From: Ignicoccus islandicus DSM 13165
GTDB taxonomy: Archaea; Thermoproteota; Thermoprotei_A; Sulfolobales; Ignicoccaceae
Assembly (NCBI RefSeq): GCF_001481685.1
Contig: NZ_CP006867.1
Span: forward strand, 900,001 to 932,000
Reading direction: 5' to 3'
DNA length: 32,000 nt
The translations under genes and the position numbers were made by a program. This document shows positions 24,966 to 32,000 of the stretch, one piece after another. The notes under the pieces were generated by a model, which saw nothing but the letters and a program-made list of their open reading frames with translations, was not told where the DNA came from and did no database searches. Numbering within the stretch: the stretch's first letter is position 1; each line of letters opens with the position of its first letter.

Positions 24966-26774
24966 TTGAAGAGAAGCATCCTAGTCGTTTCCCTTCTCGC
25001 GTACTTCCTCCTCGCTTCTTGTAAGATAAGCGACCCAACGTGGGCCGTTCCAGCAATAACCGATCCGAACGGTCACTTCACGGCGTCGATCACTGGGAAG
25101 GTACTTTCCGCATACCTAGTAAATAGCGATGGCAACTACGTGTTAACCGTTTCCAGCCAAAGCCAAGGAAGCGTCGAATTCGGGCTAACTAACGTTCCCG
25201 AAGGCCTGTACGACTTAGTGGTTGAAACCGAAGAGGGAACTTGTTACCAGCCCAATGCAGTATGGGTAACGAAGGAGTTGAAGGAAGTCACCTTGATGCA
25301 CGTGACTGACACCCACATAGGCGTGTTTACCGATAGACCGGCGAGGGAATACCTAATGGCTTCAGTAATAATAGCGAACAGCGATCCTAACGTCAATTTA
25401 GTAGTTAACACTGGTGACATAGCGGATACATCGATGCCATACCAATACCAAATAAACAAGGAAGTGTTCTCGTTACTAACTAAGCCTCTCCTAGTAGTTC
25501 CCGGAAACCACGACGCACTCGGAATGAGGGACTTCTACTCGGAAATAGTTGGGCCTAGGAAGTGGTATAGGGAATTCGATGAGTTCTTGTTCCTCGCAGT
25601 AGACTCTGGAGCAGATGGTTACATCTCCCTAGATCAAGCGAAGTGGGCTTACTCGATCCTAACGACCAGTAAGGCCAAGAACAAAGTAGTGATGTTCCAT
25701 CACCCACTGTTCGCTTACGTATACGATCCGAAACCTCACTCCTTCACGGCAAACAGTTGGGAAGAGCTCTACGATTTGCTCTTGTCGAAGCCCCCTAACT
25801 CGCGGTTCCCTTACATCTATACTAGCTGGCTTCAAAATGAAGACGCCCTAAAGACCTTTATAAAAGGAATATACGAAGGCGAAACTACATTAACTTTGAG
25901 TGGCCACATACACGTGGATAGCTACGCGGAGGTCAAAACTACTTACGGCAAAGCTTACTTCATAACCACTACTACTCAAGGCGGTCCAGTTAGGGAAGGC
26001 GACTATCACGGCTTCAGAATAATTCGCGTAAAGGATCGTCACGTAGAGGCGTACGGTTTCGGTAAGCCATGGGAAAGGAACGCCAGCTACAGCCTAGAAG
26101 GAGTGTACTCCCACTACAAGTTCTCTGATGACGTCTCCGCAGTTACCTTCAAGCTGGTTGACCCTAGGCTAGAGAAATTATTACCTCAGTTAATCCTCGC
26201 CGTTCCGAGCAAGGGAGAAGGCTACGGTATCTACGCTCCCGGCGCGATAGCCACTTGGAAGGAATGCACGCCCGGCGGATGTACGTACTACGCTAAGTTC
26301 CCTGCACCGAAGCTAAACCAAGTCTACGTAATGGCCGTTTACAAGGAGGACGACGCTGAAGCACCGGTAATTAAAGTAAAGACTCCTACCTCGATTTCCC
26401 CTTACAAGCCGTTCCAGTTACGTTTCGAAGTAACTGATAGTGGATGGGGTGTTGCGGAGGTTAAGGTCAAGCTTAGCGGCGTAGCCCAAGGCGAGTACGT
26501 TCTCTACAGCCAGACTAAGAAGTACAAACTGAATTTAATGCCGATACGCAAGAACGGCATCCTAAACGTAACCATAAGTGCTATGGACTTCAAGGGACAC
26601 TTGACTCAAAAGAGCTTCCAAGTAAAAGTAGGCGAAGTAACCCAAGTGGCGACAACAACTACCACGACGTCAACTATAACTAAAGAAGTACCTTCCGCAC
26701 AAACTCAAGTTCCCGTACCTCTAGTAGCGGCAGCAATACTCCTAGTAATCATTGCAGCCTTTCTACTTATATAG
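24966..26774 (+). CDS. Secreted calcineurin-like metallophosphoesterase, C-terminal membrane anchor
   Basis: Motifs MHVTDTHIG, VVNTGDIADT, VPGNHDA, MFHHPLF, LSGHIHVDS; signal peptide; Thr-rich stalk TTTTTSTIT then C-terminal TM. Confidence 0.88.
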   Translation: MKRSILVVSLLAYFLLASCKISDPTWAVPAITDPNGHFTASITGKVLSAYLVNSDGNYVLTVSSQSQGSVEFGLTNVPEGLYDLVVETEEGTCYQPNAVWVTKELKEVTLMHVTDTHIGVFTDRPAREYLMASVIIANSDPNVNLVVNTGDIADTSMPYQYQINKEVFSLLTKPLLVVPGNHDALGMRDFYSEIVGPRKWYREFDEFLFLAVDSGADGYISLDQAKWAYSILTTSKAKNKVVMFHHPLFAYVYDPKPHSFTANSWEELYDLLLSKPPNSRFPYIYTSWLQNEDALKTFIKGIYEGETTLTLSGHIHVDSYAEVKTTYGKAYFITTTTQGGPVREGDYHGFRIIRVKDRHVEAYGFGKPWERNASYSLEGVYSHYKFSDDVSAVTFKLVDPRLEKLLPQLILAVPSKGEGYGIYAPGAIATWKECTPGGCTYYAKFPAPKLNQVYVMAVYKEDDAEAPVIKVKTPTSISPYKPFQLRFEVTDSGWGVAEVKVKLSGVAQGEYVLYSQTKKYKLNLMPIRKNGILNVTISAMDFKGHLTQKSFQVKVGEVTQVATTTTTTSTITKEVPSAQTQVPVPLVAAAILLVIIAAFLLI

Positions 26775-27024
26775 ATCAACTTTTTTAACGTTTAGTTTCT
26801 CCTTGTAGATCATCTCCCCATAAAAATTGTAAACTGCTCGACCGCTTACATATTCTACGTAAGGATACGTAGTTCTACACTAAATTATCATTCTAGGTGT
26901 TACCGCTTTAACTACTACTCGAGCTACGAAACCCCTTTACGAACGGTAAAGTCGCGTGAATAAGGAAAACGAAAACAATTCTAAGTGATTCAATTGACCG
27001 ATATTAAAAATTTATTTAAAATGC

Positions 27025-28764
27025 TCAATTTACCGAACTCTTACCCTTCCTCAATCTCCTCACTACTTTAACGAACAATGGTGAACCTAGCCATATGGCC
27101 GGTATTTCCATGTCAGAGGCATCTGGCGTGAGCGTGACAGTTACTGTTTCAGTCGTGATTGCAGCGTCTTGAGCTTCATTAGCTGCTCCGATGTAGTCAC
27201 CGAGGGCAGGGTAACCGTAACCCGAGTACTTATCGAAGCCTCTCAAACCAACGTCTCTAGCGTGCTTCTTGATGTCGTCTAGAGTGAAGTTCAGCGCGTA
27301 TAAGTATGCAATAGCGCCCGCAACTTCCGGGGCAGCGTAGCTGGTTCCACTGCTAAACGCTAGTACGAACTTTTCCGAGTTCTCAGACTCAACGTAACCG
27401 TAAACCGGTTCTCCGCTAATTGAGCCTCCTAGGTAAGACGAAGCCGTGTATATGCCGAGTACCAAGCCCCCGGGAGCGGCGAACGTTGCAGGATCGTAAT
27501 TCGAGAAAGATGCTAGACCATTGGTTACTTCAAACGCGCTGACCGGAATTACGCCTTCGCATTGAGCTGGCCATTCGTACTCATCGTGTACCCCGTTGTA
27601 CGCCTTAATGTCGCGTCCTTCGTTTCCCGCAGCTACAACGACCGTTAAACCGTTCCTCACCATGGGATCAATAATGCTTCTACAAGAGTTTTCCAAATCG
27701 TCTCTGCTATTGCGCCATCGGCCTAAACTCATGTTGACTACCTTAGCCTTTCCTTCCCTTGCCAATTGTACCGCAACTCTAGAAGCCTCTTCCAACGTAT
27801 AGTCATCGAAGGCGCCTCCATGGAGGAATGAATTATCTAGGTAAACTTTACCACCTTCCGTTCGGCTTGCGTTATTTAGATACTCGTCTAGCGTTGAATA
27901 TACCCCATCTATCCATATTTCGAGAAAATCTGCCTTTATTGGGATGATTCGTACCTTGACGCCTATGGACGGGGGCGCGATCCCCGTAAATACTTTAGAT
28001 ACTAACTCCGTACCGCTTATTTGACCTATATAGGGAGCTCCCTCGAAGAGGTATTTGTAAACTCCTTCGAACTCCCCTACTATTTGGGAAGCAACGAAGG
28101 TCCCGTGACCTACTTGATCGCTTACGTTCATTGCTTGTAGGTATATAGCGGTAACGTTGGAGGACTGGAATTTCTTGAGGCAATATTTAAAGGTCACGGT
28201 AGTGGGTAACTGGTAATACGTACCTAGGTCCGTCTGGATATAGGTTTCGTTACTAAACCTAACTTGGCCGCTATCGTCGCATACACCATTTGAGATTAGG
28301 TGGTCAATGAAGGTAGTTAACGCTACCCCGTTCTCGTAATCTATAGCGCTCCTAATCGGTTCCGGTAGGTTCCTCGCGATTCCGGTATCTATTACAATAA
28401 CGCCGATTTCCCTACTGCTTTCCGGTCCTGCTTCCAATAAGCTAGTTACGTTCATGTGGTCCTCATCTAGTTGCCACGGCGTTTCGCTATCGCTTATCGG
28501 ACCTTCGCTAACGTAAGGCAACGCTTCTTTAATATCGTTCTCTTCTGGCAGTACTATAGAGAGGCTGTAAACGCGTATAACCTCTGGAACGCAGTTGCTT
28601 TCGCTAGCCTTGGCTATTACGTCTAACTGAGCTTCGGGAACGACTCTCATTTCTTTATTGCATATAACTATTGCCTTGTTCGCTAAGTCGCCTCCGGTAT
28701 ATACGATCTTATATGAATTAACCACGCTTAGTAAAGCTATTAGAACTAACCGAGAGTATCGCAA
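27025..28764 (-). CDS. Subtilisin-like serine protease (S8 family), secreted
   Basis: Catalytic motifs VIVIDTGIA (D), VGHGTFVA (H), VVVAAGNEG (oxyanion N), FSSGTSYAAPEVAG (S); N-terminal hydrophobic leader. TTG start shortly after an in-frame TGA. Confidence 0.9.
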   Translation of the reverse strand: MRYSRLVLIALLSVVNSYKIVYTGGDLANKAIVICNKEMRVVPEAQLDVIAKASESNCVPEVIRVYSLSIVLPEENDIKEALPYVSEGPISDSETPWQLDEDHMNVTSLLEAGPESSREIGVIVIDTGIARNLPEPIRSAIDYENGVALTTFIDHLISNGVCDDSGQVRFSNETYIQTDLGTYYQLPTTVTFKYCLKKFQSSNVTAIYLQAMNVSDQVGHGTFVASQIVGEFEGVYKYLFEGAPYIGQISGTELVSKVFTGIAPPSIGVKVRIIPIKADFLEIWIDGVYSTLDEYLNNASRTEGGKVYLDNSFLHGGAFDDYTLEEASRVAVQLAREGKAKVVNMSLGRWRNSRDDLENSCRSIIDPMVRNGLTVVVAAGNEGRDIKAYNGVHDEYEWPAQCEGVIPVSAFEVTNGLASFSNYDPATFAAPGGLVLGIYTASSYLGGSISGEPVYGYVESENSEKFVLAFSSGTSYAAPEVAGAIAYLYALNFTLDDIKKHARDVGLRGFDKYSGYGYPALGDYIGAANEAQDAAITTETVTVTLTPDASDMEIPAIWLGSPLFVKVVRRLRKGKSSVN

Positions 28765-28902
28765 CTCTCTTCAATGACACTCACTTCTTTCGTTCATTAT
28801 TGACGCTCTCAGTCTCTATTAAGCATTATTGCTCTATTATCTGAACGTCCGAACGAATTTCTCAAATCAACTTGCGTATTAAGCGTAGTTTATTACCACT
28901 GT

Positions 28903-28919
28903 GTGAATTCGTAATTCAC
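28903..28919. promoter_or_regulatory. Inverted repeat GTGAATT-CGT-AATTCAC upstream of the ABC substrate-binding protein gene
   Basis: 7-bp perfect arms, 3-nt spacer, 11 nt before the TTG start at 28931. Confidence 0.35.
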
Positions 28920-28930
28920 GGGCAAGACCC

Positions 28931-30307
28931 TTGTTAAAGAAATCCTTGTCGTTAGTTCTCTTAATTATGGTCTCGGCTTCCGTTTTCGCTCAATGTTCTA
29001 AAAGCGTTACGTTAGTAGTTCTCTCGAGGCATCCAACGGAGATACTAGAAGCGGCTAGGGACGCGTTCCTTAACTCGAAGTACGCTAAGGAATTCTGTAT
29101 ATCCAACATAAAGTTCGTGCAATTACCGCCTGGATGGTGGCCTTACTACATCAAGTCCCATCCGGTTGACGTGGCTTGGGGAGGAGGTCCAACGCAATTC
29201 GACACTCTCTTCAAGGCCAACTTGCTCAAACCAATCGAGACTGCCCTAGCGCTCCAAGCCGCTTCGCAAGTTCCGGACACCCTAGCCGGTGTTCCATTAA
29301 AAAGAATTAAGGATGGGAAGATCTATTGGGTAGCTGCAGCTATCTCTAGCTTCGGCTTTACTATAAACACCGAGGTTGCCGAACAACTCGGCTACGATTG
29401 GACCAAGCTCAAATCTTGGAGGGACCTAGGCTCAGACGAACTCGGTCTCCTAATGCTCCAAGTAGGAGTTCCCGTTTCGGGTATAGCGGACCCAACAATG
29501 AGCACTAGCAACACTAGAATGTACGAAATAATTCTGCAAGCTTACGGATGGGACGAAGGTTGGAAACTACTCACGCTAATGGCAGCTAACTCGAAGGTTT
29601 ACTCCGGCAGCAGTGCTGTTAGGGACGCAGTTATGAACGGGGAGATAATGGTTGGTATAACCATAGACTTCTACGGCTACACTGCCCACAAGCAGAACCC
29701 GGCTTGCGTTTACGTCGCCCCACCGGGCGAGACCATTGTGAACGGTGACCCAATAGCAATCACCGTATCCACGAAGAACCCCAAGGCGGCCGAGGCCTTC
29801 TTAGCGTGGGTGCTTACGGACGGTCAAGCAATATGGCTCTCGCCGGACATAAACAGGTTGCCAGCTAACCCCAACGTGTTCAATACTCCGCTAGGAAAGA
29901 GCAGGCAAGACCTTTACCAAGCCTATCAAATGATAACTAAATCTAAGTCAATGAACTTCAACGATACTCTAGCTCTCCAGTACGAAGACGCAATGAGGAT
30001 GTACTTCAAGGCCACGTTAGTAGACTTACACGACCTCTTACAGAGGGCTTGGACTGAATTATTGAACGCGTACTACGTCGAGCACAGAATATCTCAAGCG
30101 GAATTCCAGAGGCTAAAGGACGAGCTAACCTCCTTCCCAACCTTCAAGGACCCATTAACTGGCAAGACTGAGACCTTCACAATTGATTACGCTATTAAAG
30201 TTAACAGCTACCTAATGAACCATCCCGAAGACATGGATAAGTTCATGAACGCTTGGAGGGAGGGAGCAAGGGTAAAATACTTAGGCGTGATTTCCTCCAT
30301 CGGTTAA
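28931..30307 (+). CDS. ABC transporter extracellular solute-binding protein (family 1-like)
   Basis: Signal peptide MLKKSLSLVLLIMVSASVFAQC, VDVAWGGGPTQFDTLFKANLL, NGDPIAITVSTKNPKAAEAFLAWVLTDGQ; immediately upstream of a permease. Confidence 0.85.
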   Translation: MLKKSLSLVLLIMVSASVFAQCSKSVTLVVLSRHPTEILEAARDAFLNSKYAKEFCISNIKFVQLPPGWWPYYIKSHPVDVAWGGGPTQFDTLFKANLLKPIETALALQAASQVPDTLAGVPLKRIKDGKIYWVAAAISSFGFTINTEVAEQLGYDWTKLKSWRDLGSDELGLLMLQVGVPVSGIADPTMSTSNTRMYEIILQAYGWDEGWKLLTLMAANSKVYSGSSAVRDAVMNGEIMVGITIDFYGYTAHKQNPACVYVAPPGETIVNGDPIAITVSTKNPKAAEAFLAWVLTDGQAIWLSPDINRLPANPNVFNTPLGKSRQDLYQAYQMITKSKSMNFNDTLALQYEDAMRMYFKATLVDLHDLLQRAWTELLNAYYVEHRISQAEFQRLKDELTSFPTFKDPLTGKTETFTIDYAIKVNSYLMNHPEDMDKFMNAWREGARVKYLGVISSIG

Positions 30308-30313
30308 TGCTAA

Positions 30314-32000
30314 TTGAAGGGAAGTAGGCTACTAACGGCCCTCCTTTTAGTTACGCTCGCTTATTTGACCTTTTCGTTCTTAGCGCCTCTGCTGTCAGTT
30401 CTTTCGTCAGCATTTAGTTTCGATTGGAGCATTTTGAGCAATCGCTTCTACGTAAACCTAAACCCTATAGGCAATCCCATCGACGTTAGGACGTTTGGGA
30501 AGAGGACTTTCATTGTAATAAAGGGCGTGGACATGGGAATAATACTTAACAGCTTGATCAACGCTGCGATTGTAACTTTCTTCGCCACCTTAATAGGAAC
30601 CTCCCTCGCGCTACTGATTGGTCTCTACAATTTTAGAGGCAAGAGGTTGTTCTCAACGCTAGTCTGGATACCGCTCTTAGTAGCTCCCTTCGTTAACGCT
30701 TACGTGACTAAGCTCCTCTACGGATTCAATATTCAAGGCAACACCTTAAGCTACTTGTTGAAGACCCTCGGGTTCAACGTGACGATAGGCTTCACTGGCC
30801 TAGGGGGGATAGCCCTAGCGCAGACCCTGGCGTTCTTCCCAATAGTGTACGTTAACGTTCTAGCGGTGATAAACAGCATAGACGGTAGCCTAATAGAACA
30901 AGGTTTCAGCTTAGGAGCTAAGGGCTTTACCTTAATTAGGAAAGTGATACTGCCTTTGGCCACCCCCGGTATACTAGCGGGAGCAGTGCTCGTATACATA
31001 TTAAGCCTAGAGGACGTTGGAGCCCCAATAGTCTTCAACTTCAAAAACGTGATGTCTTACCAAGTGTACGAGTTCTTCCAAGAGTACGCAGCGATAGGTG
31101 GAACTTCCGCCTCGGCCTTGGCGTTTTTAATGCTAGTGTTTGCGATAACTCCCGTACTCTTAATTAGAAGGTACTTGAGCTTGAGATACTACGCCAAGAT
31201 CTCCAAGGGCGCTTCGAGACCGTTTAAAAAGATGGAACTAGGTTTAAAGGGATACGTTGCCGCCTACCTCTTAATATTACCCATACTGATAGCCGCCGTA
31301 GCGCCCCAAATAGGAATATTCGTGCTCGCGTTCTCTGAGAAGTGGGTAGGTGCCCTCCCTAAGGGCTTCACCTTACACAACTTCGAGTTATTGTTCTCGA
31401 AGGAAGGCGTCTTCAGAGGTATAGTGAACAGCGTCACCTACTTGGCGTTCTCTCTACCCATACTAGCGTTCTTTGGGTTCGCTTCAGCTTACTTGACTGC
31501 TAGGGTTAAAGGCATGGAATTACTCGATCTGCTGGCTACAGCTCCCTTGGCCGTTCCGGGCTTGGTAATGGCCTTCGGATACTTCACGTTCCTTCACTCG
31601 GTAGCTCCGGGAACAGTGCTCGATCCAATAACCTTCCCAGCGTTAACGCTAGTAATAGCGTACGCGACTAGGAAGATGCCGTTTACAGTTAGATCCGTAT
31701 TTACCGCGCTCTTGCAAACGCCCAAGCAATTAGAGGAAGTGGCCGAGTCATTGGGGGCCAGTAAAACAATAGTTTTGAGGGAAGTAGTGTTGCCCCTAGT
31801 AAAGAGAGGCTTGATATCTGGGTTAATGCTCTCATCAATCTATATATTGAGTGAAGTCAGCGTTAGCGTTACCATTGGAGCGCTGGGTGGAGACATAGTG
31901 GATCCGAATCACGCTGGACCCATAACCTTCGTGATAATGAGACTAATTCAATCACCTAGCTTCGTTGGAGCGCAACCTCAAGCGGTAGCGGCTAGCATGG
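30314..32000 (+). CDS. ABC transporter permease, FbpB-like two-module protein (partial, runs off the window)
   Basis: Frame open from TTG 30314 (directly after in-frame TAA) to the window end. Two EAA-like loops: EQGFSLGAKGFTLIRKVILPLATPGI and EVAESLGASKTIVLREVVLPLVKRG; many TM helices. Absent from the ORF track because no stop falls in the window. Confidence 0.88.
   Translation, partial: MKGSRLLTALLLVTLAYLTFSFLAPLLSVLSSAFSFDWSILSNRFYVNLNPIGNPIDVRTFGKRTFIVIKGVDMGIILNSLINAAIVTFFATLIGTSLALLIGLYNFRGKRLFSTLVWIPLLVAPFVNAYVTKLLYGFNIQGNTLSYLLKTLGFNVTIGFTGLGGIALAQTLAFFPIVYVNVLAVINSIDGSLIEQGFSLGAKGFTLIRKVILPLATPGILAGAVLVYILSLEDVGAPIVFNFKNVMSYQVYEFFQEYAAIGGTSASALAFLMLVFAITPVLLIRRYLSLRYYAKISKGASRPFKKMELGLKGYVAAYLLILPILIAAVAPQIGIFVLAFSEKWVGALPKGFTLHNFELLFSKEGVFRGIVNSVTYLAFSLPILAFFGFASAYLTARVKGMELLDLLATAPLAVPGLVMAFGYFTFLHSVAPGTVLDPITFPALTLVIAYATRKMPFTVRSVFTALLQTPKQLEEVAESLGASKTIVLREVVLPLVKRGLISGLMLSSIYILSEVSVSVTIGALGGDIVDPNHAGPITFVIMRLIQSPSFVGAQPQAVAASM

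Noticed and set aside
26855-26872. CTACGTA-AGGA-TACGTAG inverted repeat in a convergent intergenic region
   Set aside because: Short arms made of self-palindromic TACGTA, no flanking T-tract or conservation evidence; insufficient to call a terminator or ncRNA.
1-32000. Mobile element or prophage content
   Set aside because: No transposase, integrase, TnpB, toxin-antitoxin or phage structural genes recognised. The tRNA-Ser is intact and no partial tRNA repeat was seen beside it.

Overview
32-kb window from a compact archaeal chromosome. The archaeal markers are L21e, a TFS-like protein, Csa3, a DUF460/COG2433 protein and a geranylgeranyl-diphosphate-synthase-like enzyme. The style suggests a hyperthermophilic crenarchaeote, possibly Ignicoccus-like (inference only). 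The left end holds a CRISPR type I-A-style adaptation cassette (csa1-cas1-cas2-cas4) with a convergent CARF-HTH regulator (csa3). It is preceded by an AT-rich region carrying two back-to-back copies of the palindrome TTCACCAT-N3-ATGGTGAA. No CRISPR repeats or interference genes are present in the window. Next come rpl21e, an FAD/NAD oxidoreductase, a THUMP-like protein overlapping a T4 Rnl1-like RNA ligase, and a surface-structure locus. That locus has two small pilin-like proteins divergent from a ~1275-aa protein with a pilin-like N-terminus, DUF2341-like, LamG-like and EF-hand/dockerin-like segments; a perfect 10-bp-arm palindrome sits in the shared promoter region. Housekeeping genes follow: prenyl synthase, fucose-isomerase-like, Lrp/AsnC, beta-propeller, pyrE, DUF460, nadE, tRNA-Ser(UGA), purD, ABC ATPase and moeA. 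The right end holds a TFS-like protein lacking the C-terminal zinc ribbon, secreted or membrane-anchored proteins (including a metallophosphoesterase and a subtilase), and a binding-protein/permease ABC system running off the right edge. No mobile element was found. The best leads are the cas-upstream paired palindromes, the RNA ligase/THUMP-like overlap pair, the giant pilin-like surface protein with its palindrome, and the single-ribbon TFS protein.
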